From positions 6,882,001-6,946,000 of the forward strand of contig JANJGN010000035.1 in the NCBI GenBank assembly GCA_026770705.1: a stretch of 64,000 bases of DNA. Reading direction: 5' to 3'. This stretch comes from Isurus oxyrinchus. Taxonomy: Eukaryota. The position numbers were made by a program, and so were the translations under genes. Positions 13,714-26,449 of this stretch are shown piece by piece; within the stretch, counting starts at the first letter, position 1; every line of letters begins with the position of its first letter. Below the pieces are notes generated by a model. It saw only the letters and a program-made list of their open reading frames with translations. It was not told the DNA's origin and ran no database searches.

Positions 13714-16619
13714 CTATAAGTACAGGTTGGACAAAAAACATTGCAGTAATTGACTTGATCTACGATACGTGAGTTAACATACTTACAAATTCAGACAATA
13801 TACCCACATAATTCATAAATAAATTTCACAAGTCCATACATTGGCTTTTAGCCAATTCGAAGTTTCGTGCATCCATTTAGCTCTTTTATCCATATTTCTA
13901 TCTGCTTATCCACTTATGCTATTTTGAATAGCTTTAACATCAATTTTATGACATGGAATGCCCGGCCTGTGACTCTACAAATTCGATCAATTATCGCTAT
14001 CGTACTAGTGGCCAAATGTTCGTACCACAACCAGCTAATTACCAACAAATCAGAAGAAATAATCTGTGCCACCTGGAGGGAAATGATCAGAGGGAGGCAG
14101 TGTAACAGTAACATTGTGAATTAATAGAGAACGTCTTAAGAAGAACGGTACACTTGCTTTACATCATTTTGAATTTGTTTCCACTGACTATATTTAGTAA
14201 TATAGTTAGTAATTTTAGTTAGTAATTATTTCGATTTTGTATTTTCCATTTGTACAAATCATACAAAGTCAGAATAAGAGCAATGGGATTGCACCACTGC
14301 AAATTTTTAGACAGGTTGAACCAGGCTACGGGCAAATTTAAACTCTCAGGGTTTTGTTTATCTGTGGATTTCTTTTCCATAGAAGTCTGTAGAGGCTGGG
14401 ACGTTAAGCATATTGAAGGCTGAGATATATAGATTTTCAATCAGAATAGGATCGAAAAGTGATGCAGAAAAGGAAGGGAAGTGAGTTTCAGGATTAGTAG
14501 ATGTGCCATGATGTCATTGAGTGGCAAAAGATTTTCGATGGGCTTAATGGCCTACTTCTGCTTTGACGCTTTCTGCTCTTATGATTAGACATGTTAATCA
14601 GCTGAGAACTGCCCAGTTTGCATAAGATATACTTCGAATATTTATTGCACCTCATCAGCTAAGTGCACCTCATGACAACAGCACGTCAAATGATCAAGCT
14701 TTATTGTAAATATGTCTGCATGCCTGATGTTGCCCTGTATCACTTTCAACTTATCTCTGTCTCTTTATTCTATTGACGTGTTTTTTTATCTATATACACG
14801 TCTGTCTGCCAGCTAATCGCATTCAAATAATGGTCACTATGGTGTAAAAAATATTTATCTGTCTACTCATAACGACGACAAATAATCTTCGAACTCTCGT
14901 GAAATGATCAGGCCAGAGTTTGTGAATTTAAGAAAAAAAATCACATGACAATATTTCCTGCCCACTGTGGGAATCGTGGGACGTGCGCGAGAGTATGAGT
15001 GAAAGCATGTGATAGATCGTAAGAAGTGCTAACAAGAATGAACATTGTTTCTTACATTGCATCCAAACTTATTTCCAACAATTTCATTTTCCAAATGTTT
15101 AGATTCGATCCCACCCTTTTAAATACATCGTACAATGTCAGAATTCCATGAGGAAGCAGGTCCAATGGGCAAATTTCAACCACGATCCCGGGCCTTTTAT
15201 CTCTTATGTGGAAGACCAGTGAGCTGCAGAAAACTGAATAGAATTCCATGCAGTGGCGATGCTTGAATACTTGCTGCCATAAACAGTGCTTCGGGCAGAG
15301 GGGAAGGCAATCATGGATGGCAGTCCACCAAAAGAGGAAAGGTAGGAATGAACCAAGGGAAAAAGACACCTGTGTATGATGGACAGATGGAAGAATGAGG
15401 ACAATGATGAAGACATTCCGGAATTCTGTTCCCCAATGGTAATAGTATTGATGATAGGCAGGAGGAGTATTTCTAAATTTATAAAAGAAAGTCCTCATTC
15501 CGGTCAGCATTTGAGCCCACTGCCTCGTTTCATGCTGGTCTTTGTCAAAAGGATTGAATCACCCAGGATTATTGACTTCGGTTTACCATAAGATAACAGA
15601 AAGGCACCCATTGCTAATGAAACCTTAAGTGTTATATGTGTTCATCTAATAAGTTCAGAAGTTTCAATTAGCAGGACAAAAATTTAATATTAGTTGGAAT
15701 CCAGAAACGAGTCAGTGAATACGAAAGCACAATGTTGGCAGACTTAAGGAGGACACAGAGTGATTCACGTGCCATCACATAGCTAATGCAATTTAATTCC
15801 TTGAATGACACAAAAAGGTTGGAATGCTGGGCTTTGCAAAGGGACTTTTTCAATTCAAAATAACCACATTATGTTCCATACTATTAGTACAAAAGTTATT
15901 AGGCGAAATCTCATTTTTGTGGGTGCCAATTATTGGGAATGATGACAATACTTTTTTTTTTTAAATGTATGTATTAGTGCCATTGACAGTAGAATATAAT
16001 TCTAATTCATCAGTCGTGAACGACTTTCTTTTGGATTGTCATTGCACAGTTTTGCGGGAAATGGTGTCATATTTTCCCACGCCAGTCATCTGCATATCTC
16101 TCAGATCAAAGGAAAGTTGCAGGAATGTGCCTACACAACTGGCGCTGTTTAAGTTAAAAGCGGACTGAGTTTCATTAGTTTGAATATTTTGACGGTGGGA
16201 AATATCAGTTCAATTGGAAAACATAATCTCACGAGAAGTGTATAGTTTTCCGTCCTTTCGGCCATCTCTATATTCTTGCAGACATGGATGTGCATCGGCA
16301 TTCAAATCTAGTGGGGTCCTGATGTCACTGCAAACATCTTTGCCGAGCGGAGCTCCTGCAATTGCATTTTCCATTTTGTGCTAAACAAAGCAAAGTATTG
16401 ATTAGATGTAACGTGGCCAAGTGTTCTTTTGCTGAAGTTGTTAAGTTTGACACACACACAGCTTGTGCACGCATAAATATAGCGAACCCGGCGAACAGTG
16501 CGGAGTCGGGAATTAGCGATGAGAAATGACTAATGCTCATATAGACTCAATTTTACCTGCACAAAATTTTAAGCACGTTAAGCGATGTGAACTTCCTGAC
16601 GTCCATGCAGATTGTCTTT

Positions 16620-18060
16620 GAGTAATCCTTGCCTTTCTAATTTAGATTTGATACTGTTCGTATTTTTTTTCCACGTATTGTTTTCGTCCACCGAGGTAAA
16701 CCTGACTGACAATTCCCTGTATGCCAATCAATCTCTATCATGTTAAAAATGTTGCGACCTTAGATGAGCTCCACAACTCTGGCAGGACACCTTCCGTGAG
16801 AGAATTGGATAATGATGGTCAGAGCATTGCTAGTGCATTGCTTGCTTCCGTCCCCTTGCAGCTTTGGGAAAATATCGTCTGGGCATTGGAAATTAGCATA
16901 ATTCAGAAGGTGTCAGAGCCCTTGATTCATCCTCTCTTTACATGGTATGTCAAGTCCATTGAAACTTTCATGTTTCTTCTGACTGATTGCAGAAACCTTA
17001 TTTGCACTTTAAGCAATGCGTCTGCTAAGTACACATTAAACAACAATTCGACTTTTGGCAACAGAACACACAGTTTAAACTTGTATTCCCATACAGGCCA
17101 TATTTTTCTTTTGTGATTAATTTGTTCTTAGTGAATTGATAAGCAACTGCTAGAATTCGCTTGATTTTAGTTATCAATATTCTCTTATACGTTGTCTATC
17201 ACAATGTCCGTTCTAATTGCATTCCCATATTTTTGAACTCCTCAGGCATTACCCATTATTGAGCCATAATTAACTGAAGTAAGGTTTCCCTTTCATCTTT
17301 GTCCGCTCCTCCAAACGCCTTGAAGACCAGGACGTTCCTGAATTGTTGGTCAGAACCCTACACCATTAACGGAAACAGATGTTCTGGAAACCTTCTTATC
17401 AGTTACTTGAAATTCACTCTTTTACCTACCAGTGGCTATTTCCGGTCGACTTTCATCAAGTTACATTTCGGCTGAATGAAATTGGATGTTCCTGATGGAG
17501 AAAGCTATTCATGGTCGAAAGTTAACCCTATCCATAATTACCCTGAGACGACTTAAAATCGAATTTATATATCCATGGCCATCCTGCGTGAAATCGTTCC
17601 AATCAGATATTCCTGCCTTCCCTTCAGCCATATTCCTCTAATAGCTATAAAATGAAGCATAAATTTTCAAACTGCACATAGAGATCATATGACTTAATGT
17701 TCGACGTCATAAACAAGTGTTTATAGCGTTTAGCACTCCCATAATCCCTGGTAGTTGGTGTCCTAGTTTTGTTTCTTTTGCCTTCTAAACCCGTTGATTG
17801 ATTTGATGCCTATCATTTCCAAACCGTGTTGTCCAATTTTCGAAACTTCTCCCAAGTTTTCAGACTGCAATACACTTTGACTAAGCCTGTCAGCAAGAGC
17901 AAATTTCCATTTAAATCTACGGGCCCTCGCTTGTTGAAGCCCACTTCGTCCAGCCTGACAAATCTCTACTCGCTCAGTAACTGTGCAATGTATCGGAATT
18001 CACTCGGCACAATCTCTCCGGCTGAAGATTAATATGCTGTATCTTCCCATTTCCGAACTT
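16620..18060 (-). mobile_element. Highly decayed CR1 LINE (RT and upstream regions)
   Basis: ccaccgaggtaaacctgactgacaattcc... resembles minus-strand CR1 RT and the remnant in the tandem units. Further CR1-like stretches continue to ~18050. Confidence 0.5.
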
Positions 18061-18339
18061 GCCTCACAGGTGGTAACAGGTAAAATACATTTGTGCTGTT
18101 AAATCTCTCTCGAAGCCACATTTATTTCAAAGCCAGGACTTATTCCCTTTTTCAGAAGAAATTTCAGAGGAATTGCACAACTATCATTCTTCTGTTCACC
18201 CAGAAGAAGCTATAGCTTGCATACTTTAAATAGGTTAACACCCAGGCTAAGAGATTCAATACACCGTGGTAATTAATATCAGTAGTAGAAAAAAGTGCAG
18301 AAGCTTATAGGGTCAACTATTAATTGCTCACAAACTCAC

Positions 18340-19230
18340 ACAATCGAGTTCGAAAAGAGATAGCTGCAGAAATAGCGGACGTGCTGGCTACAATTTTCCA
18401 CAATTCGTCAGATTCGGGAATGACACTCACCGATTGCAAGTTGCCAAGTTTACCAACACTGCTCATACATGGGAAGAGAGAAAGAGCAGCAGAACGCAGC
18501 CCAATTAACCTAACATCAGACTTTGGGAGAATACTAGATGACATTGCTGAGAATATCACAAAATCCAGATGTATTTGTGTAGCATATTTAGAAAATGTCA
18601 CTTTTTATCAAAAGGGAAATTATCGTCGTTTTCTTTTGTGAATATGCCTGGTAAGGCAGATAATGGCGAACTGGGAGTCCCATTATACGTAGATTGCAAA
18701 ACGACATCCGATAATATGCCACAGAAAATTTCAACAGGATGAGTATGGCTTATAGAGTTGGGAGGCAATATACTAGAATAATTCTAGGATTTCTTGACGA
18801 AAAGCAGGTAAACTCTGGGCACGAAATTTCATTAAGCAGTTGCCGAATACAGGAATGCTGAAAAGGTCTGTGCTAGATCCCCTGATGCTTAAAATGTGAA
18901 TTGCGTCTTTGAGAAGGGAATCATATACGAACGTGGACACTGGAAGGCTTTATGGGAATTCATGCAGGAAAGACGTGCAACATGTTGGAAGGAGATATAC
19001 GTAGCTTAAGCGAGTATGAAGAAAATGTAGATGCAGTGTATTGAGCAGAAGTGTGTAATAATGGCTTTGCTCATTACTATAGAAAAGCTCATTTTTTTAA
19101 CGTGAGAACATTGTACATGTTCATGCTTAGATTATATTGGGTGTGCTCGTACAGTGAAAGTGGGACGTTTGCCAAGCTAAATCAAGCAGAACAACTGCAA
19201 ATGGCAAATTGGATTTTTTGTATGCTAACT
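18340..19230 (+). mobile_element. CR1 LINE ORF2 (RT) fragment, decayed
   Basis: ORF 18324..18641 gives KEIAAEIADVLATIFHNSSDSG...PINLTS, matching the CR1 RT N-terminus. Confidence 0.8.
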
Positions 19231-19309
19231 GGCGAAAATGAATGAATAATTATTGACATAAATATACAGGAATTTCACTAATGCAAATACTGAATAATCT
19301 GGAAAAGAC

Positions 19310-20840
19310 CCGAGGCAGGTTGAGATGCATTCAAGGTTATTGAACATGTAAGATTAGAAAACGCAGGGGCATTGGCCATAATGTTTTAGTATTCCCTAGA
19401 CTCAGGGTAGGTACCAGATTACTGGAGAATTGCATGTTTCATTCCCTTGTTCAAAAAAGGAGGAAGGAAAACCACAACCAATATAGAGCAGTCAGCTTAA
19501 TTTCACTGCGTGAAGTTAAAAGGGACAATAATTCTGGATGGAATTAATAGACAAATGGGAAATATTGGGCTGATTACAAAGAGCCAGCATGAATTTCAAA
19601 AGGAGAAGTCTTGTTTACATAACTTGGTGGAATTTTTGGAAGAGGCAAGAGAAAGGGTTGATTAGGGTATTGCTTTTGATGGACTTTAAAAAAGCCTTCA
19701 AGAAAGACTCGTGAGGACTGTTACAGGTCATGGGACAAAAGTGACAGTGGTGACGTGACTAAAAAAATTGGCTGAGTAATCAGAAACAAAATGTAAGGGT
19801 CAGTGAGTATTTTGCCGGCTGGAGGAATGTTTGTCGTGGAGTTCTCCAGAGGACGGCATGAGGACCCTTGCTTTTCCTGATATATATTAATGATCTTGAT
19901 CTTGATGTGCAGGGGAGAATTAGAAAGCTTGAGGGTGATACAAATATTGGACGCATTGTAAGCTGTGAGGAGAACAATGTAGAATTCAAAAGGGCATAGC
20001 AGAATTTTGGAGTGGGTTGATGGGCAGCAGAGGAAGTTCAATGCACTGATGCATTTTAGTATGAATAATAAGGTGAAGCAATGTAAAATAAGGAGCACAA
20101 TTCTTAAGGGTGAGCAGGAGCAGAGTTGTAGACATGCATAATTTTTTGAAGGTACCAGTACAGTTAGAAAGAGTGGTTAATAAATCATAAAACATCCTAG
20201 GATTTATTAATAGGTGCATGGGGTATAGGAGCATGGTGGAAGGTGAGATGAGCCGGGCGGGTTCTGCTAAATAATTGGGGACAGTTCCAGGCGCCACACT
20301 TTTGACAGGTTTTGTTTGCTCTGGAGAAATTGCAGCAGAAGGTTTCAAGAATTTTCTAGTTATGACGAATTTTATTTCTGAAGATAATTTGGAGAGGGTG
20401 AGATTGTTCTCTTTGGAGTAGAGATGGCTAAGATGAGATTTTATATAGGTGTTTAAAATCATAAGGGGGCTGGATAGATTAGATAGATAGAAGCCTCTCC
20501 CTCTCGTAAAAGCATCGATAACGAAAGGGTAGTGGTTCAATGTGATTTGTGAAATAAACAAAGGCGATGTGAGAAAAAAAAACATTTTCACACAGCGAGT
20601 GGTTCATGACTGGAATGCAATGATTAGATGTGTAGTTGAGGCAGTTTCAACAGAAGCATTCCGGAGGCCATTAGATGATAACTTGGATCGAAACCACATC
20701 CAAGGCTATGGGGAACAAGAAGGAGAATGCCACTAAGCTATAATGCTCATTTAAAGAGCTGGTACACGCACAATGGGCCGATGAAGAAACAATGGGGTGA
20801 GTGGCCTCCTTCTGCACCGCAACAGAAATGTGATCCTGTC
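19310..20840 (+). mobile_element. 5'-truncated CR1 LINE with 3' end
   Basis: Degenerate SLDSG.VPDYWRIA..PLFKKG, QHEF.K.KSCL.NL.EF, GVxQ..GPLLFLIYINDLD and KKNIFTQRVVHDWNA. Tail aatgggccg...gtggcctccttctgcacc. Confidence 0.9.
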
Positions 20841-22169
20841 ATGTGTTCAGTTTTGACCTGCAAATTTAAGTGAGCACTAGACGTGGTGCAACATAGGTAC
20901 CCCAATTTGATCTCCACAAATAGAGGAATGCCTTAAGATGAGAAGCTGTCTGAATTTAGCCTATATTTTTGACGTTTAAATGATTGATATAATTGATGCA
21001 AAGCATGGTTATGACGGAGCTGCATACAATGGGCTCTGAGACGTTATTTTTCGCTTGTTGACAGACTAAAGCATCGGAGAAAAGTCTCAGGATTGCGAGC
21101 CTATTTTTGGTGGTAAAATGAGCAGACATTATGTCATTAAAAAATGTGATTATTTTGAAACCTGCACCGCACAGGATTGTGAAAGTCCCAATTTTGAATG
21201 CATTTAAGGCTAGGGTACAAATACTCCCAGATGTGGGAAATGGGGGAGCATACAAAATTCGGCTTCCAATGATTGAGACTAAACAACTTCATATAAATGC
21301 ATGGACTCCAAGTCCGAAGTCAATAAGTGGGTTAACATGGAACAAGTCGGAGAGTTATGAATGAAGAAGTCCACCAATTAGGATTGGAGGGATGATATAT
21401 ATTCAATCTAATATCTTGTCATTGCCAGAGCGGCTGCAGTTGGAATTAGAGATTAAATGGGTATTGGGGTTATAAATTCAACAAAATCATTGGGATTCAT
21501 GGTATGATTGCGCATGTGTATTCATTGTTGGAATTCTAACTTAGTGACGTAAATAACAGAATCTTCTCTAACACCTTCAATGATAGAGTCACATATTCCC
21601 TAGATTTCTCTTCCAGCTTACACACCATATTGTAACATTTAATTCATGTAACCCTATTTCCTCCAAACAATGTCAAACAATATTTCAATGCTTTGAATTG
21701 CACCTTACAAAGGCCCATTTCACCCGTCTGGCAAATTCTCTTTAAATATATAAGTATCGTGCGCACAACTCTTTGGATGTTGTTCGTACACATACATCTA
21801 AATCAGGAATATTTATTAAGACAATGATATGGTCCTATTGCTGACAGTTGCAAAATAAAGGTATCGCCATTCAAAAACTAATTTGCACCACGGCTACGCT
21901 TTTTCTCTCAGTCCAACAAAATCGTAGCAATAGTGTCACTGCTTTTTTTCACTATTCCACTGACTTCAAATTTTATAGCAAAAGTATGAATTGGCATTTT
22001 CTCATTGGCTACTGCATTGGCAACAAACCAACAGTTTTGCATTCATATATGCACTCCGTTACCTCTTTAACTAATAAGCTTTATCAAAATAATCAAACAC
22101 GACTGTGCACTATTTAACCCTGCGAAATGCATATATTTTCTTGCATGAAACAATGCAATGACAATTGAT

Positions 22170-22259
22170 CTTTCATTTCATTATTACAGTTTAAAGATCC
22201 GATTCATTTTTCGACTTCAGAATTTGCTTTCCTCTGCAATGCTGGAAATATGTATCAAT
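22170..22259 (-). pseudogene. NLR terminal LRR exon (decayed)
   Basis: atatgtttcAG|A TTG ATA CAT..., then a frameshift to GKQILKSKNESDL*. Resembles the LxxNxFSxxGKxxLxS final exon of shark NLRs. Confidence 0.5.
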
Positions 22260-22498
22260 CTGAAACATATTTTTTTTAAGAGTAATCAGCAAGTGAATTA
22301 CATACTTGAATATGATTAGAAATATTGTCAATGCCTTTCAGAACAATTGTGTTTCCTCATGTAGAGGAAGGTAACACTACAAAAAATAGTGAGCTTCTTT
22401 ATGTTTCATGATAACTGTAATCCTTAAGGCAAGAAGCCGAAAGCACAATTGAATTTTGAAATGTCATTTCATTAAGGAGTAAGTATAATCGACATGAT

Positions 22499-22693
22499 GT
22501 TATTTCCTTGAGATTGGTGTTACGCACAAATAGGCGGCACAATGCAGGACCACATTTGTCAGTTAGTTTGTTGGCCAATTTGCCTTCCTGATTGACGTTA
22601 CTCAAGTCCAGCTACATTAGGGAACCATTTACACTGAGCGTGGAGAACAGAGTTCCCAAACAATCACTTGCGAGGCCGTTATTTGTTTTAGTC
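22499..22693 (-). pseudogene. NLR LRR exon (two RI-type repeats)
   Basis: NNGLASDCLGTLFSTLSVNGSLM*LDLSNVNQEGKLANKLTDKCGPALCRLFVRNTNLKEI. In-frame TAG; acceptor and donor both degenerate. Confidence 0.8.
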
Positions 22694-22964
22694 CGTAGAC
22701 AACAAAATATTAGCATACTTTAAGGAAGGCACACACATGGACATAGATCCATGAGCAAATTGAAAATGAGAAATCATTATTCTTTGAATAGCAAGTACGC
22801 AGAAGCAACCTGTTTGAAGTAAAAACAGCTGCGCGCCTTTCTGTTTTTTGTTCTAATGTAGTTTGAAAAATGAGATTAGTTAATTACGATAAGCACAGCA
22901 GTCAGTAGTCTTTCCATTATTGACTCAATTGTTTTGCTGAAATCTAGTTTGACACATTACTCAC

Positions 22965-23051
22965 TCCAATCTCTTTACTTTGCAAAACTCTTCCTTCAGA
23001 ACTGCTGAGAACCAATTTACTGCAGAACCTCCCAGTTTATTCTCATTAAGA
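22965..23051 (-). pseudogene. NLR LRR exon (87 nt, one 29-aa RI-type repeat)
   Basis: Polypyrimidine tract, then ttCG|T CTT AAT GAG..., giving LNENKLGGSAVNWFSAVLKEEFCKVKRLE|GTgagt. The acceptor AG has become CG. Confidence 0.85.
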
Positions 23052-23579
23052 CGAAAGGCAGAGGAACAAAAAGAAAAATACAGGAGAATAATGCAATATT
23101 TAGAAAATTTAGCCTAGAACATTTGGCCTCCGCATCGTTAGAGACCTATGACACAAGATACCTAGTGGAAACCCCACGGAAGCCCCCGTGTTCCGAAGTC
23201 CGTGGGAATAGGCTCTGAAGGGAAAATTACCAAAGGGCAATTCCCTATCTCCTACCAGACCCATCATAATGTTTCCAATTCTCAGCTGGATTCGGAGATT
23301 TTGTATAGCTCCGCCGCTCTTACCTGGAAAAAAGAACAGTAAATATTGAAGATACCGATCTTCCGAAAGTCTGTAAGCTTCAGATTGCCACTCCGCCCCA
23401 TTCTTTCCCCGATGCAACAGTGCATGGGATTTATCTTGCGGTATTCAGATCCACAATTCCCAGCAGTGCCGAAGTGAATGTCAAATCAGGAACAGCCACA
23501 GAGTTGAGCAGGGTCGAGGAAGCTGTGGAATAACTGCTTTTGCTTTCGATTGACATGTTGTGGTTGGATAAAGAATGTG

Positions 23580-24200
23580 CAAGTGGAGTAGTGAGTAGGT
23601 GGATTGTGTTCTGAAGAAAATAAATCGCCAGGGTGGCGATCTAGGTAATTTGTGAGGCAAGGCATTTGTTAGGTGGGTCGGTGGATCATTTGCTGGCTTC
23701 TATAGCTGGGTAGGTGGCTGATAGATGTGGATGTTTTGGTACGTTTTTTGGATGAGTAGGTGGATGGCCTGATGGTTGGGTGAGAGGAGTAAGTAGGTGA
23801 TGGGGATGGGCCCAAAAGTGGGTAGATTTCTTGAGACGTCTAAATGGTTAACTGAGGAAGGTGGGAGAAAATTGTGGGAACGTTTATTGGGTAGGTGGTT
23901 AAGTAAGAAGTTCGGTAGATTAGATAGACAAGTTGGGTAGTTGGTTGTGCTGAGTCGATAAGTAGTTAAGTTGCATAGTGGCAGCGTGGGTTGGGTAGTT
24001 GGGCGAGAAGGTTAGGTTGTTTTGGTGGGTAAGGTTTGTAGGGAGTGCTGGTCGATCGGCAGTTGAGTAGAGTGGCTAAATATGTAAGTGCCCATCTGGC
24101 TGATGGGCTACTGGGAACAAAACTCGTCATGTGATCTGGATTTAGTGAGGTAGCCCGCAAGGCAGTTAGACCTGGAGTGTGTGCGTGGTCACACCTTGTC
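23580..24200 (+). repeat. G/T-rich degenerate simple repeat (ggtgggtagg-like)
   Basis: Recurrent gggtaggtgg, gttgggtag and agtaggtgg, with C depletion on the plus strand. Confidence 0.7.
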
Positions 24201-24369
24201 TGGGAATACTTTGTTGGAGGTTAGTCGTGGCAGGCCGGTGTAGTCAGGATGTCAGGGGAAGGCTTTTCTGCTTTAACGGGGGTCATAGGTGTTCTCTTGT
24301 AACTGCGCGGTATTGCTGGCGTCAATGGCCTTAGTCAAGCGACCAGGAGGTTAGTCCGGACCTAGGAAA

Positions 24370-25900
24370 GAAGCAGGACATTTAGTCCGTCAAACCTGAT
24401 GGAACATTCAAACAGACCAATGGTGATCATATGCCTTAAGGCGACTTTCTGCCTGATCCCTACATCCCTTGATGTTGTTAGTCGCCTGAAATCTATCAAA
24501 TTATAATTTGAACATCCACCGCAGTCTGGAGTAGCGGATTCCAAAACGTTGGCACATTCTGCTTTAATAGATTCCTCAGCCTTCAGCCTTAAATGCGTTG
24601 CTCCTTAGTCTGAGACTATGGTACTTGCTTCTCGACTCGCCAGCAATGGGACATATTTTACCTACATCTAAACACTCACACTGTGGTACAATATTTTAAG
24701 ACAATCTTGCCTCAAAAATATGGAGACATTGAAAAATAGGAACAGGAGTAGGTTATTCGGTCCGTCGAGCCTGTTTCGTCATTCAGTACGATCCAGTGAT
24801 CCAGGGTGACCATGTCTCTCAACGGCATATTCCTGCTTTCTCGCAAAACCCCTTCATTCCTTTAGAGTCCATCTTTGGGTTTAGACATTTGCACTCCCTC
24901 TATGGCAAATAGGCACTTACTTAGGTAATGTGATCAAAACAGGACACAGTACACCAGGTGCGTTTTCTTAGAAAGGCTCTATAAAATCATAGCAAGTGAC
25001 CAATATTCCTGTACTTCAATTCTCTTGCGATAAACGCCAAACAATATCTGACATGTTCTTGCCAATTTACTTAGCCTGATGAAGCCTCCATAAAGCCCCT
25101 TTGTATCCTTCTCGCAACTTACCTTAACTCCTACTGTGTCACCAGAAAATTTGGAAATATTTCCTTTTCTGCACCACACCGAAATTACTTATATATCATG
25201 AACAGCTCTGACCCCAATGCTGATCCCTGTGGTCTTACATTAGTAACTGATTTGCATCCTGAAAATATCCTGTGTTTTGCCTCTTCTCTGTTTTCTGTAT
25301 TTTAAGCAATTTACACTGTATGCTCCGATACCATGTGTTACAAATGTTGTACCCAAATATTGCGTGGAACTGTATCCTATGCCCCTCTGAAAATTCAAAT
25401 ACATATAAATACTGGATCGTCTTTATCTGAACTATAAGTAATATCTTAAAAAAATAAACGCTAACAGATATGTCCAATATGATTGCTGACACTGCCTAGT
25501 CATATAATGGTTTTCCAAATATCCAGTTCTCTCAGCCTCTAACATGCCTTCTGATATTTTCCCTACTAAATGCGCAAAACGAAGAACTCTGCAGGTTCTC
25601 CTTTTATTTCTCAGTGTTTTCTGAAATAATGCTTGCATCCGTTAATTTCCACTCTTCAGTACCCGTTCCAGAATCTAAATATCTTTGAAAAATAACAATC
25701 AAGAGATTCATTAACTCTGTAGCCACCATGTTCAACAATATAGGAAGCAGCTCATCAGCTCCAGTGGTTGATCAAACTTCAATGAAATCTATGTTTTAAT
25801 TGCTACTGCATTATTTATACTAATGCCGTGCATCTCCTCATTTTCACAAGCCTCTAGGTTCCCAGGTATTAACGAGAAATTTCCAGTATCTTCCTCCGTA
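24370..25900 (-). mobile_element. CR1 LINE fragments (two 3' ends)
   Basis: Reverse CR1 3' termini at ~24370 and ~24735 (aataggaacaggagtaggttattcggtccgtcgagcctg), followed by decayed RT sequence. Confidence 0.75.
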
Positions 25901-26449
25901 ATGTTGTAATATCAGAGGGAATTTGTTGCATCATGGAGCGTAGCTGAATACTTGAAGGGTATACCTGCAGTCAGAGGAGTAGTCTTTGTCTCAACAGTTG
26001 TCGTATCGCGTGGGTTGGGAGAGGGCAGTGGTGATGGTGTGCTCAGCAGTTCGGAAGGATATTCAGAGAATTAGTCATGGTATTCCAGGTCCGGCTCATT
26101 CTTTGAGATCAGCATAGATATGTTTTTAAGCGTAAATCAGTCCTGGTTTTATACAATAGTTGCACCAGTTTGTCATTCGTATGTTTAACATTTCCTTCAT
26201 AACTATTCGGTTAAGTGTGCCTGAATTGCACAAACCTATGGCGCAGAATGTTCGAGCTCCAGGGCAAAATATCCGAGGTGTACTCCAATGCTGAAAGTAT
26301 AGCACACGCCACATTTCTCCCTGTATTTCCCAGTTTAGTGCTGCACAGCAATTGCCTAGGCAGTTCAAGACTCTGCTAAGCAATTGCCTTGCACTGGGCA
26401 GCTTTCAAATGTACAGGTTAGGACCAAAAATTCAGATGGTTCCAACCTT

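Larger units (their letters stand above)
1..16500. repeat. Degenerate tandem segmental duplication, ~6 kb period (~2.7 units visible, continues beyond the left edge)
   Basis: Colinear anchors recur: ggcc(t/g)tgccttg(a/c)ataatcatacattgat at ~137/6390/12343; gagaggcataa at 1141/7389/13323; atcatccac...ttcttcacttttttgaag at ~1422/7668/13595; aaaatagat/ac..cgca.atccaaa.caatac at ~5651/11620. Bases 1-130 align with ~6260-6390 and ~12220-12340. Confidence 0.93.

Noticed and set aside
23109-23417. ORF with a strong-looking acceptor near the LRR exons
   Set aside because: No LxxLxLxxN pattern in any frame I read, so it cannot be supported as an NLR exon.
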